Origin: a virus
Taxonomy: Duplodnaviria; Caudoviricetes
Length of the DNA stretch: 64,000 nt
Reading direction: 5' to 3' (one strand)
Virus record (IMG/VR): IMGVR_UViG_3300042465_002598
Span: 1,261-65,260 of that record
How positions within the stretch are numbered: position 1 is the first letter of the stretch; every line of letters starts with the position of its first letter. Positions 15,611-25,610 of this stretch are shown here, piece by piece. The notes under the pieces were generated by a model. It did not search any database, was not told where the DNA came from, and saw only the letters and a program-made list of their open reading frames with translations. Position numbers and translations under genes: made by a program.

Positions 15611-18094
15611 ATGGCAATCTCCCCCGCGCTGACCGAGTTCGACCCCGCGCTTCTCTCCGACGAGCCCGCCATCGAGATTGAGATCGAAGACCCAGAGGAC
15701 GTAACGCTCCACGCCGGAGGCGTCGAGATCGACCTGATGCCGGGGTCAGACGCGGGGGCGCTCTCCGAAGAGTTCGACGCCAACCTCGCAGAAACCCTCG
15801 ACTCGGATGTGCTGGAGACGCTGGGCTCCGAATTGCTGGAACTCATCGAGGCAGACATCAACTCCCGCAAAGACTGGGTGGAGATGTACGTCAAGGGCCT
15901 GGAAGTCCTGGGGATGAAGTACGAGGAGCGCACCGAGCCCTGGAGCGGTGCCTGCGGGGTGTTCTCGCCCCTGCTGACGGAGGCGGCGGTGCGCTTTCAG
16001 TCAGAGATGATCACCGAGACCTTCCCCGCTCAGGGGCCGGTCAAGACGCAAGTCATCGGAGCGATCGACAAGCTCAAGGAAGAGATCGCAGACCGTGTCC
16101 GCGACGACATGAACCTGTGGCTCACGGAGAAGATGATCGACTACCGCTCGGAGCATGAGCGGCTGCTGTTCTCCCTGGGCCTCATCGGCGCTGCGTTCAA
16201 GAAGGTGTACCCGGACACCAACACGGAGATGCCTGCGGCTCCGTTCGTCCCTGCCGAAGACCTGATCATCCCGTATGGCGCGTCCAACGTGTACACGGCA
16301 GAGCGCGTGACGCACGTAATGAGGAAGACCAAGAACGAGATCAAGAAGCTCCAAGTGTCGGGCTTTTACATTGACGTTGACCTTGGTGAACCCACGCGCT
16401 TTTTCTCTGACATCGAGAAGAAAAAGGCAGAAGACCAAGGGTATTCCCTTAATGACGACGAGCGCTACCACGTTTACGAGGCGCACGTAGACTGGGACTT
16501 GGGTGAGGACGAAGATGAGGTGGCGCTGCCTTACGTCATCACCATCGACAAGGGGACGCAGAAGGTTCTGTCGATCCGGCGCAACTGGAACGAAGGCGAC
16601 TCCAAACGCCTCAAGCGGCAGCACTTCGTCCAGTACACCTACATCCCCGGCTTCGGTGCGTACGGCCTGGGCTACATCCACCTGATCGGCGGCTACGCCC
16701 GTGCGGGCACAAGCATCATCCGTCAACTGGTCGATGCGGGCACTCTGTCCAATCTCCCTGGCGGTCTGAAGACCCGTGGCCTGCGGATCAAGGGCGACGA
16801 CACGCCCATCGCTCCGGGCGAGTTCAGGGATGTGGATGTCGGGTCAGGCTCGGTCAGGGACAACATCATGCCCCTGCCGTACAAGGAGCCGAGCCAAGTC
16901 CTGGCCGCTTTGCTGGAGCGCATCACGGAAGAAGGGCGCAGGCTTGCAGCCATCGCAGACCTGAAGGTCTCCGACATGAGCGCGCAGGCCCCCGTGGGCA
17001 CCACGCTGGCGATCCTTGAGCGCCAACTCAAGACGATGTCGGCAGTGCAGGCGCGTGTACACGCCAGCCTGCGGATGGAGTTCAAGCTCCTCAAGGCAAT
17101 CATCCGGGACTTCACACCGGAGTTCTACTCGTACACCCCCGAGGGTGGCGATCCTGGCGTCAAGCAAGCCGACTACGACATGGTGGAGGTCATCCCCGTG
17201 TCCGATCCCAACGCGGCCACGATGGCGCAGCGGATCATGCAGTACCAAGCCGCATTGCAACTGGCTCAAGGCGCTCCGCAGATTTACGACCTCCCTCAAC
17301 TGCACCGGCAGATGCTGGAGGTTTTGGGCATCAAGAACGCGGACAAGCTCGTGCCCATCGATGAGGACCAGAAGCCTCGTGATCCGGTGACGGAGAACAT
17401 GGCGATCATGCGGATGGAGCCGATCAAGGCGTTTGCCTACCAAGACCATCAGGCGCACATGATGACGCACCAAGCGTTCATGCAAGACCCCAACATCGCA
17501 GCGGTCCTGGGGCAGAACCCGATGGCCCAGCAGATGATGGCCGCGCTTATGGCGCACATGGCCGAGCACGCTGCATTTGCGTATCGGGCTCAGGTAGAGA
17601 TGCAGCTTGGTGTGCCGCTCCCGGCCCTGGACGAAACCAACAACGCGCCCATCGCGCCCGAAGACGAGAAGGCCCTGGCCCCGCTGATCGCAGCGGCGGC
17701 TCAGAGGACGATGGTGCAGAACCAAGCCATGTTCGCCCAGCAGCAAGCCCAGCAGCAGGCGCAGAATCCTGAACTCCAGATGCAGCAGATGGAGCTTCAA
17801 CTGAAGGCCGAGGAACTCAAGCGCAAGGAGGCCGACAGCCAGCGCGACTTCCAGATCGCGCAGGGCAAGTTGCAGATCGAGCAGGCCAGACTTGCCCTGG
17901 AGGCCCGACGCAATCAGGGAGAAGACCCTCGGATTGGGGCAGCGCGTGCGCAGCAGGAGATGTCGCAGAAGCAAGCCCGCGCCCAGCAGGACATGACCCA
18001 CAAGGAGCAGATGCACCGCATGAAGCTACGCCAGCAGGCCGAGGCCCGGGCCGCGAAAGCCACACAGCAACCTGCGCAGCCCAAGGAGCAGTAA
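15611..18094 (+). CDS. Portal protein with Gln-rich C-terminal barrel
   Basis: Position after terL, 827 aa, long Q-rich helical tail as in P22-like portals. Confidence 0.85.
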   Translation: MAISPALTEFDPALLSDEPAIEIEIEDPEDVTLHAGGVEIDLMPGSDAGALSEEFDANLAETLDSDVLETLGSELLELIEADINSRKDWVEMYVKGLEVLGMKYEERTEPWSGACGVFSPLLTEAAVRFQSEMITETFPAQGPVKTQVIGAIDKLKEEIADRVRDDMNLWLTEKMIDYRSEHERLLFSLGLIGAAFKKVYPDTNTEMPAAPFVPAEDLIIPYGASNVYTAERVTHVMRKTKNEIKKLQVSGFYIDVDLGEPTRFFSDIEKKKAEDQGYSLNDDERYHVYEAHVDWDLGEDEDEVALPYVITIDKGTQKVLSIRRNWNEGDSKRLKRQHFVQYTYIPGFGAYGLGYIHLIGGYARAGTSIIRQLVDAGTLSNLPGGLKTRGLRIKGDDTPIAPGEFRDVDVGSGSVRDNIMPLPYKEPSQVLAALLERITEEGRRLAAIADLKVSDMSAQAPVGTTLAILERQLKTMSAVQARVHASLRMEFKLLKAIIRDFTPEFYSYTPEGGDPGVKQADYDMVEVIPVSDPNAATMAQRIMQYQAALQLAQGAPQIYDLPQLHRQMLEVLGIKNADKLVPIDEDQKPRDPVTENMAIMRMEPIKAFAYQDHQAHMMTHQAFMQDPNIAAVLGQNPMAQQMMAALMAHMAEHAAFAYRAQVEMQLGVPLPALDETNNAPIAPEDEKALAPLIAAAAQRTMVQNQAMFAQQQAQQQAQNPELQMQQMELQLKAEELKRKEADSQRDFQIAQGKLQIEQARLALEARRNQGEDPRIGAARAQQEMSQKQARAQQDMTHKEQMHRMKLRQQAEARAAKATQQPAQPKEQ

Positions 18095-18283
18095 ATGGCA
18101 ACCGTTTTCGACCGGGTTCTGAAAGAAATCGAAGAGCGCCGCGATGTTCTTACGCAAACACTTATGTCAGGTGCGGCAAAGAGCTTCGAAGAATACCGAG
18201 GTATGTGCGGAGAGGTGCGAGGACTATCCTTCTCTTACAACCAAATCATTGACCTTCAGAAGAAACTGGAGCAGGAAGACTGA
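18095..18283 (+). CDS. Small conserved head-module protein
   Basis: AGGAG RBS; YRGMCGEVRGL. Confidence 0.8.
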   Translation: MATVFDRVLKEIEERRDVLTQTLMSGAAKSFEEYRGMCGEVRGLSFSYNQIIDLQKKLEQED

Positions 18284-18332
18284 AGACGGGGTTTCGGGGG
18301 TGCCCCATTCCACCCCCTGCGAGAGGAAAACG

Positions 18333-18731
18333 ATGAGTGAACTACTCCTGAGCGATGGGGATAGCGTATCTACGCTCCCCGCAACGGACGCAGAAAGGGC
18401 CAAACAGGTGCCCGATCCTGTGTCGTACAACATCCTGTGCGTGCTCCCGCGTGCGGAAGAGGAATACGAGAGCGGTCTCGTGAAAGCGGGTCAGACGATG
18501 CATTACGAAGAGGTGCTGTCGCCAGTGCTTTTCGTGATGAAGATGGGTCCGGACGCATACAAAGACCCCATCCGATTCCCGTCAGGCCCGTCCTGCAAGG
18601 TTGGAGACTTCGTGCTGGTGCGCCCCAATACGGGAACCCGCCTGAAGATTCACGGGCAGGAATTCCGCATCATCAACGATGATTCGGTCGAGGCGGTGGT
18701 CCAAGACCCGCGTGGTATCAAGCGCGCATAA
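18333..18731 (+). CDS. groES: GroES-like co-chaperonin
   Basis: ESGLVK mobile loop, KMGPDAY, CKVGDFV, RIINDDSVEAVV. Confidence 0.8.
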   Translation: MSELLLSDGDSVSTLPATDAERAKQVPDPVSYNILCVLPRAEEEYESGLVKAGQTMHYEEVLSPVLFVMKMGPDAYKDPIRFPSGPSCKVGDFVLVRPNTGTRLKIHGQEFRIINDDSVEAVVQDPRGIKRA

Positions 18732-18741
18732 GGAGTAATTC

Positions 18742-19683
18742 ATGGACAATTACGGCGACGTAGACGAAAAGTACAACTACAAGTTCCCGGACGAGCAGAA
18801 AAAGCCCCAAGACATCGAGATTGAGATCGAGGGCGAGACCGAGATCGAGGTCGTAGACGACACTCCTGAGCAAGATCGTGGGCGCGAGCCCATGAAGGAG
18901 CCTCCTGCGGAAGTGACCGACGATGAGTTGGCGCAGTATTCCGAAGGGGTCAAGAAGCGCATCAAGCACTTCTCCAAGGGATACCACGACGAGCGCCGCG
19001 CCAAGGAAGCCGCGCAGCGTGAGAAGGATGAGGCACTACGCCTTGCCCAATCCCTGATCGAGGAGAACAAGAAACTTCAAGGCAGTTTGGGTCAGGGCCA
19101 GCAGGCGCTGCTTGAGCAGGCCAAGAAGGTGGTTGCCACCGAGGTGGAAGACGCCAAGCGCAGGCTCAAGGAGGCGCACGAATCAGGAGATACTGAGGCA
19201 TTCATCGCTGCCCAGGAAGAACTGACTACGGCAAAGATCAGAGCCGAGCGGGTAAACAATTTCAAGCCCGCTGTTGCAAAAGCCCCGGAACCTGTGGTAC
19301 AACCCGCGTCACAGCCTCCGGAGCCTGCTCCTCAGGTCGATTCCAAAGCCCGTGCGTGGCAAGACGCCAATCCGTGGTTTGGGAAGAACCGAGAGATGAC
19401 GGCAACGGCGCTGGCAATTCATCAAGACCTTGTTGAGAACGGAGTTGACCCGACCAGCGATCAATACTACGAGAGCATCAATGCTCGTGTCCGTAAGCGG
19501 TTTCCGGAAGCGTTTCCCTCCGCCCGCAAGCCGACCAACGTAGTCGCCCCGGCAACCCGTAGCACTGCACCCAAGAAAATCGTGCTGACCCAATCACAAG
19601 TGTCCATCGCCAAGCGGCTTGGGGTTCCCCTGGAAGCCTACGCTCGGTCTGTGGCGGAACAGATGAGGAAAGAAAATGGCTGA
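18742..19683 (+). CDS. Putative scaffolding protein
   Basis: Acidic N-terminus, coiled coil, upstream of capsid genes. Confidence 0.65.
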   Translation: MDNYGDVDEKYNYKFPDEQKKPQDIEIEIEGETEIEVVDDTPEQDRGREPMKEPPAEVTDDELAQYSEGVKKRIKHFSKGYHDERRAKEAAQREKDEALRLAQSLIEENKKLQGSLGQGQQALLEQAKKVVATEVEDAKRRLKEAHESGDTEAFIAAQEELTTAKIRAERVNNFKPAVAKAPEPVVQPASQPPEPAPQVDSKARAWQDANPWFGKNREMTATALAIHQDLVENGVDPTSDQYYESINARVRKRFPEAFPSARKPTNVVAPATRSTAPKKIVLTQSQVSIAKRLGVPLEAYARSVAEQMRKENG

Positions 19684-20143
19684 GAACACCCGCGTCCCTC
19701 GTGAGTTTGATACCCGCGCAAAGGCCGAAAGGCCCAAGAAGTGGATGCCCCCGTCGCTGCTGCCCGACCCCAATCCGGAGCCGGGTTACGTGTATCGGTG
19801 GATTCGTCTCAGCACGCTCGGCACAGATGATCCCAGCAACATCTCGTCCAAACTGCGCGAAGGGTACGAGCCTGTCAAGGCTTCGGACCACCCGGAAGTG
19901 CAGGTCTTTGGCTCCGAGATCAAGGGCCGGTTCGCTGACACCATTCAGGTTGGCGGTCTGATGCTGTGCAAAATCCCTGCGGAGTTCGCTGAACAACGTA
20001 ATGAGTTCTACCGCCGTCAGGCGGAGGGCCAGATGGAGTCAGTGGACAATGCGTTCATGCGCGAGAACGACCCTCGTATGCCGCTCTTCCGGGAGCGTCA
20101 GTCTCAGGTGAAGTTCGGACGCGGTTCCCAATCTTCGGAGTAA
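19676..20143 (+). CDS. Conserved head-module protein
   Basis: PGYVYRWIR...EGYEPV...GGLMLCKIP. Confidence 0.75.
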   Translation: MAENTRVPREFDTRAKAERPKKWMPPSLLPDPNPEPGYVYRWIRLSTLGTDDPSNISSKLREGYEPVKASDHPEVQVFGSEIKGRFADTIQVGGLMLCKIPAEFAEQRNEFYRRQAEGQMESVDNAFMRENDPRMPLFRERQSQVKFGRGSQSSE

Positions 20144-20146
20144 ACG

Positions 20147-20989
20147 ATGGCATACCCTACCGTTGACCGTCCCTACGGTCTTCAGCCGGTCAATCTGATC
20201 GGCGGGCAGGTGTTTGCGGGCTCCACCCGCTCCCTGCCGATCCAGTACGCCTACGCTACGGACATCTTCTACGGTGACTTCGTGGTGCTGGCTCGCGGTT
20301 TCATCACCCGTGCGTCGGTCTCGACCGGCACGGGCGTGAACCAAGTCACTGGCATTTTCCTCGGCTGCTCGTACACCGACCCGGTGACCAAGCAGAAGCG
20401 CTTCTCGCAATACTGGCCCGCCTCGACGCTGGCTGGTGACGCGGTGGCTATCGTCTGTGACGATCCGGATACCGTCTTCAAGGCGGTGGTCTGCTCGTCC
20501 GGTACGACGGTTGCCTCGGGCGCGCTGTCGCTGGTTGGCACCAACCTGAGCATGGTCAACAACACGGGCTCCACCGCCACGGGCAACTCGGCCAACGCCG
20601 TGCTGGCCCCTGCGGCTACCCCGGTGTCCACGATCCTGCCGGTGCGCTGCGTGGGCGTGGTGGATGACACTGCGTTCTCCGTCTCGGCTGCGGGTTCTTC
20701 GTCTGGCACCACCATCACCCTCACGGGTACGGGCCTGCCTGCGGCGATCCCAGTCGGCACCAGCGTGGCGTATATCGCTGCAAACGGGCAGATCATCGAG
20801 ACCTCGTCCTTCGTGGCAACCGCCGCGTCGGCTGGGGCGACCTCGGTGACGCTCAATGCGGCCATCGCGGTTCCTGGCGGCGTGACGGCAATCCCGGCAG
20901 CTTCGACCATCGTTTTCACGCAGTACCCCGAGGTGCTGGTGAAGGTCAACCTGCTGGTCCACGGTTACTACAGCAGCGCGACTGCCTAA
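20147..20989 (+). CDS. Putative capsid decoration/cement protein
   Basis: Beta-rich, immediately upstream of the MCP. Confidence 0.6.
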   Translation: MAYPTVDRPYGLQPVNLIGGQVFAGSTRSLPIQYAYATDIFYGDFVVLARGFITRASVSTGTGVNQVTGIFLGCSYTDPVTKQKRFSQYWPASTLAGDAVAIVCDDPDTVFKAVVCSSGTTVASGALSLVGTNLSMVNNTGSTATGNSANAVLAPAATPVSTILPVRCVGVVDDTAFSVSAAGSSSGTTITLTGTGLPAAIPVGTSVAYIAANGQIIETSSFVATAASAGATSVTLNAAIAVPGGVTAIPAASTIVFTQYPEVLVKVNLLVHGYYSSATA

Positions 20990-21001
20990 AGGAGCACTCA
21001 C

Positions 21002-21910
21002 ATGGCAATCTCTCGTGCCCAACTTCTCAAGGAACTGCTCCCTGGCCTGAACGCTCTGTTCGGCATGGAGTACAAGCGCTACGGCGAAGAACACAAGGAA
21101 ATCTACGAACAGGAGAGTTCCGAGCGTTCATTTGAAGAGGAGACCAAGCTCTCCGGCTTCAGCGCCGCACCGGTCAAGAACGAAGGTTCGGCCATTCGCT
21201 ACGACAACGCCCAAGAGGCTTGGACGGCGCGCTACAACCACGAGACCATCGCTATGGGTTTCGCCATCACCGAAGAGGCGATGGAAGACAACCTGTACGA
21301 CTCGCTGTCGCAGCGCTACACCAAGGCCCTCGCCCGGGGCATGGCGTACACGAAGCAAGTGAAGGCTGCGGCCATCCTGAACAGCGGATTCTCCAGCGCC
21401 GTCACGTACGGCGACGGTCAGGCTCTGTTCAGCACGGCGCATCCGCTCACGAGCGGCGGGACCAACAGCAACCGCCCGACCACCGGCTCTGACCTGAACG
21501 AGACTTCCCTGGAAGCCGCCGTCATTCAGATCGCCGGTTGGACGGACGAGCGTGGCCTGCTGATCGCAGCCAAGCCCCGCAAGCTGATCGTTCCGCCGAG
21601 CCTGATGTTCGTTGCCACCCGCCTGCTGGAGACCTCTCTGCGCGTCGGGACCACTGACAACGACATCAACGCGCTGAAGAGCAACGGTTCGATCCCGGAA
21701 GGGTACACCGTGAACCACTTCTTGACCGACACGAACGCATGGTTCCTCAAGACCGACGTTCCCAACGGCCTGAAGCATTTCGTGCGCGTGGGCATGTCCA
21801 CCAGCATGGACCCGGACTTCGACACCGGCAACATGCGCTACAAGGCCCGTGAGCGCTATTCTTTCGGCGTCTCGGACCCGCTCGGCATGTTTGCAAGCCC
21901 CGGCGCGTAA
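21002..21910 (+). CDS. Major capsid protein
   Basis: 302 aa, strong RBS, KPRKLIVPPSL, followed by a terminator. Confidence 0.88.
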   Translation: MAISRAQLLKELLPGLNALFGMEYKRYGEEHKEIYEQESSERSFEEETKLSGFSAAPVKNEGSAIRYDNAQEAWTARYNHETIAMGFAITEEAMEDNLYDSLSQRYTKALARGMAYTKQVKAAAILNSGFSSAVTYGDGQALFSTAHPLTSGGTNSNRPTTGSDLNETSLEAAVIQIAGWTDERGLLIAAKPRKLIVPPSLMFVATRLLETSLRVGTTDNDINALKSNGSIPEGYTVNHFLTDTNAWFLKTDVPNGLKHFVRVGMSTSMDPDFDTGNMRYKARERYSFGVSDPLGMFASPGA

Positions 21911-21925
21911 GGGTTTACCCTCAGA

Positions 21926-21949
21926 AAAAGGCCCTTCGGGGCCTTTTTT
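21926..21949 (+). terminator. Intrinsic terminator after MCP
   Basis: aaaaaggccc-ttcg-gggcctttttt. Confidence 0.9.
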
Positions 21950-22010
21950 GTTGTCTTTTGCGTTACAAAGCCAAAGAAGGCTTGACCCCAGACGTTCAGT
22001 AGCTTAGTAT

Positions 22011-22132
22011 CGCAGCAAGGAAAACTGCGGCCACGCCTGAAATAACAGGGCTGAGCAGCGGCGATGCAACAGCCTTCTAAGCCGGAGCGCAGCGCCAATC
22101 CTTAAAGCCCGCTTCGGCGGGCTTTTTCTTTT
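22011..22132 (+). ncRNA. Candidate small RNA with its own promoter and terminator
   Basis: TTGACC-17-TAGTAT at 21982-22010; four-way junction fold; gcccgc-ttcg-gcgggc-U-tract terminator. Confidence 0.55.
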
Positions 22133-22137
22133 GGGGC

Positions 22138-22251
22138 TTGCGTAAACGGCGATACTGTGATACAAAAGGGCGTTCCGAGATTCACCCCCAGCCCGCCGAC
22201 TGACTCGGCAGACCTTCCTCAAGGACGACGGGCGCAGACTGAGGAAAAATT
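22138..22251 (+). promoter_or_regulatory. Sigma70 promoter and structured 5' UTR with anti-SD pseudoknot
   Basis: TTGCGT-17-TACAAA; TTCCTCA 22215-21 is complementary to TGAGGAA 22240-46. Confidence 0.55.
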
Positions 22252-22731
22252 ATGGGTTTCTCGACCTTCTCTGGCCCCCTTCGTGCGGGTACGGTGCGCG
22301 AAGGCGCGACCGAAAACACCGGCCTCGTGACGCTGACCCAGTCGTTCGACACTGGGAATCTGGCAAATCCGACCGTCATCGGCAACTACGACGCGCTCCT
22401 GGGATATCTCCCGGCTGGTGCGCAGATCATCAACATCCTCGTTGACCAAGTGGTGGCGGTGGCTGGTGGCGCGACGATGACCATCTCGGTGGGCTCGACC
22501 TCCGGCGGCTCGGAACTGATGGCAGGCGTCTCCACGGGCGCTGGTGGCCGCTTCTCGGGTACGGCAACTGCCGCAACTCAACTGGCATGGCAGACCTCGA
22601 CCACGGCGGATACGGCGGTCTACGTGCGCAACGCCATCACGGTGGCCTCTGCGACCGCTGGTCGAGCAATCGTCACGGTGGCCTACGCCCAACGCGCTTC
22701 TGACGGTTCGCGCAATCCGGCCAGCGCTTAA
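22252..22731 (+). CDS. Virion structural protein
   Basis: STFSGPLRAG start, LPAGAQI; beta-sandwich composition. Confidence 0.7.
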   Translation: MGFSTFSGPLRAGTVREGATENTGLVTLTQSFDTGNLANPTVIGNYDALLGYLPAGAQIINILVDQVVAVAGGATMTISVGSTSGGSELMAGVSTGAGGRFSGTATAATQLAWQTSTTADTAVYVRNAITVASATAGRAIVTVAYAQRASDGSRNPASA

Positions 22732-22757
22732 TCGTTGACTCTTAAAAGGAGGCCACG

Positions 22758-25439
22758 ATGGGTGGTTTTGCTCCGTTGACGGACAGTGGCACTGGGCGTG
22801 CGTCTCTGTGGAAAGCCGTAGATGGCCGCGCCTGTGTAGATACTGCAAACATCACGAACAAAATTCGTGAAGCGTTTGAAAACTACAGCCCCAATACGGA
22901 GGGCTCCCGCTGGTCTCAGACGCTGGGTTCTGGTGACCTTGTATTCGTAGACGGCAACGCTGCCGCCGCGTCTTACCTCGTCATCAGCAAGAACCCGCTG
23001 GTTGCGGGTCAGCAAACGGACGTTGAATCCACCTTCACGTTCTCCATGCCCATCGAACTGGCTGTTGGCCTTTCGATGTCGCAGCGGACCCTGGGGCAGG
23101 AGTTCAGCGTCGAGGTGGTGGATGTGAACGGGGCGCTTCCCGTTCGCTCCGACTTGGCGATCAACGTCATCACCCAGGCTACCACGACGCTGACCGTCGA
23201 TACGGTGCTGCCGCACAGGCTCTCGGTCGGTTCGTGCATCGGCATTCGGGACTGCTCCAACCAGCTTGCCAACTACCCAGCGCTGGTGGTGGCGACGACG
23301 CCGAGTCCGACGCAGTTTACGGCCACCGCTGGCCCTGGCGGCACGATTGCGTCCCAGACCATCACCAACCCGGCTGGTGCGAAGGGCTTCGTGTTCTTCC
23401 GCGAACGCCTGGGCCGTGCGCAGAATGGTGTCTCGGAGATTTTCGAGAACGCGACTGCCACCAACGCTTCACTCTACATTCGCTCGGAGTCGGGCGATGT
23501 TCTGCCCAGCGGTACGGTAGCTGGCAACCAGTCGGTCACCATTGCAACGACGGCTTCCATCCAGCTTGCTGGCGCAGTCGCGTATCAATACAGTTTTAGC
23601 CCAACGTCCGAGTATCGCTTGCTGGTGCAAGCGGATCGCACACAGTGGGCGGACGTTGGTGTGGATGCTGTTGGACAAAGCACTTCGCGTGGCCTGCGCA
23701 CCCAGGTGTGCCCAGACCCGGGCGAGACCTACAAGCTGCGCTTCCGGTCGAACAACGCCAAGAGCCTGACGGTCCCCAGTGCGCAGATCGTCTCGGCGGT
23801 CAAGAGCGCCAGCACCACCGGCACGATCACGACTGATGTAGCTCACGGTTTGGTGACCGGCGACTTGGTTGTGATCTACGGCATCCGCGCACAAGGTGCT
23901 GCGGAGTTCCCGAACCTGACCACGGCTACCGCCGTCACGGTCACGGGCGCGACCACGTTCACGATCACCATCGGCACCTCTGGCACCATCACCAGCTACG
24001 GCGGCTACGTCGCCAAGGTGCAGGGGGGCAACCTGATGTCGGCCCTCGGTGCGGCGGCGATGGCGATCCAGTCTGCCTCGATGCAGACGCTCGCTGACGG
24101 CACGCGCCAGCTTGCCCTGACAATCAGCGCGACGACCGGCTTTGCGGTTGGCGATCTGGTCAACATTGTTGGCGTGCGCGACAACACGACGGGCGCTACG
24201 CTCAATCTGGATGGTGCCTGGAAGATCGGCAACGCCTCTGCTGCCTCGCTGTGGCTGGTGCCTCCGACCGGCAGCTACGCCCCGCCGACAGCGTACCCGG
24301 CTGATACGCTGGGCACCACGATTGCTGCGGGTTCCAACAACCTCACGCTGCCCCAGGCTACGGTGAACGTGGTATCCACTGCGGGATACCCGGCCTCGGG
24401 CTCGTTCTGGGTCAACACCACGCAGGGCTTCCAACTGGTTGCCTACACCGGCACGACGGGCACCTCGTTTACGGGCTGCACGGGCGGCACCGGCCTGCTC
24501 CTGACGGGTCAAGCGGTCAATGGTGTGACGCTGTGCGGTGGTGGCGTGATCCGGCGTACGGACCTCCGTGTGTCGTTCGTAAGGCTGTTCGACTACGAGC
24601 GGTTCCGCGTTGAAACGCTGGCGCGGCCCACGGGCGACATCTCGGCTGCTGCTCCGGTATCGATCCAAAACACCCCTTCGGTTACGGTTGCTTCCGGCAC
24701 GATCACGGTCGGCGGCAGCACGAACGAAGACGCGGCGACAACTGTCGGCCCGGTGATTGTTGGAGGTGTAGTTCGCACTGCGGTAGCTCCGACCACGCTG
24801 GTTGCTGGTGATGCGGCGCGTCTGACGATGACGACTGGTGCGGCGGCTGTGGTGGCTCCGTATTCGGTCCCCGAAGTCTCGTGGCAGACCCCTGCCAACG
24901 TGGGCGGTCTTGTCAACACCGCCACCCCGCTGCAAGTCAAGGAAGCGGCTGGTGCACTGCTGTGCAACTACGTCACGGCCATCGACCTGTTCTCGGAGGC
25001 GCTGACCAACGCGACTGACCTGCGCATCCGTGAGCCCGACCTGACCTGCTCTTCGCAGACCATCGCGACCAACACCCTGACGGTCTCCGCCACGCACAAC
25101 CTGCGCGTCGGTGATGCGGTGGTGTTCACGGCGTCCACGGTGACGGGCATCTCGGCGGGTGTGACGTACTACGTCCTGACCGTGCCCGCGACCACAACGA
25201 TCACGCTGTCGGCTACCCGGGGCGGCTCGACGCTGGCGATCAGCGGCACGGGCGTGACGGCCACGTTCCACAAGGTGTTGTGGATGACCCGCATTCCGAC
25301 CACGGGCGTGACGCCTCGGGCGCTTCAGTTCTTGGTCCCGCTGCGCGGCTCGGTCAACACGGCGCTGCAACTTCAGACCGCTACGGCTTCTGGTGCGGGC
25401 GCGGTGTACGCTTCTCTCCAGGGGTTCGCAGCACAGTAA
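22758..25439 (+). CDS. Large Thr/Ala/Gly-rich fibre or adhesin-like virion protein
   Basis: 893 aa; repeated T...H(G/N)L..GD.V beta domains. Confidence 0.7.
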   Translation: MGGFAPLTDSGTGRASLWKAVDGRACVDTANITNKIREAFENYSPNTEGSRWSQTLGSGDLVFVDGNAAAASYLVISKNPLVAGQQTDVESTFTFSMPIELAVGLSMSQRTLGQEFSVEVVDVNGALPVRSDLAINVITQATTTLTVDTVLPHRLSVGSCIGIRDCSNQLANYPALVVATTPSPTQFTATAGPGGTIASQTITNPAGAKGFVFFRERLGRAQNGVSEIFENATATNASLYIRSESGDVLPSGTVAGNQSVTIATTASIQLAGAVAYQYSFSPTSEYRLLVQADRTQWADVGVDAVGQSTSRGLRTQVCPDPGETYKLRFRSNNAKSLTVPSAQIVSAVKSASTTGTITTDVAHGLVTGDLVVIYGIRAQGAAEFPNLTTATAVTVTGATTFTITIGTSGTITSYGGYVAKVQGGNLMSALGAAAMAIQSASMQTLADGTRQLALTISATTGFAVGDLVNIVGVRDNTTGATLNLDGAWKIGNASAASLWLVPPTGSYAPPTAYPADTLGTTIAAGSNNLTLPQATVNVVSTAGYPASGSFWVNTTQGFQLVAYTGTTGTSFTGCTGGTGLLLTGQAVNGVTLCGGGVIRRTDLRVSFVRLFDYERFRVETLARPTGDISAAAPVSIQNTPSVTVASGTITVGGSTNEDAATTVGPVIVGGVVRTAVAPTTLVAGDAARLTMTTGAAAVVAPYSVPEVSWQTPANVGGLVNTATPLQVKEAAGALLCNYVTAIDLFSEALTNATDLRIREPDLTCSSQTIATNTLTVSATHNLRVGDAVVFTASTVTGISAGVTYYVLTVPATTTITLSATRGGSTLAISGTGVTATFHKVLWMTRIPTTGVTPRALQFLVPLRGSVNTALQLQTATASGAGAVYASLQGFAAQ

Positions 25440-25447
25440 GGACGGCC

Positions 25448-25609
25448 ATGAGCATCGATGACCTGATCACGCTCTTACAAAACCGACTCTCTTTCAACGC
25501 CCAGCAGCGAGCCGCCGCAGCGCAGCGAGGGGACATCGCTCAAGTGTCTGCACTGGACGCAGATAGCGCCACCACGCAATCCACACTAGACGCCTTGCAG
25601 GCGGTGTGA
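25448..25609 (+). CDS. Small hypothetical protein
   Basis: AAGGA RBS; MSIDDLITLLQNRL. Confidence 0.65.
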   Translation: MSIDDLITLLQNRLSFNAQQRAAAAQRGDIAQVSALDADSATTQSTLDALQAV

Positions 25610-25610
25610 C

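Noticed and set aside
22025-22097. tRNA gene
   Set aside because: Ends near CCA but has a 5-bp closing stem, no TTCGA T-loop and no canonical D arm; kept only as an sRNA candidate.
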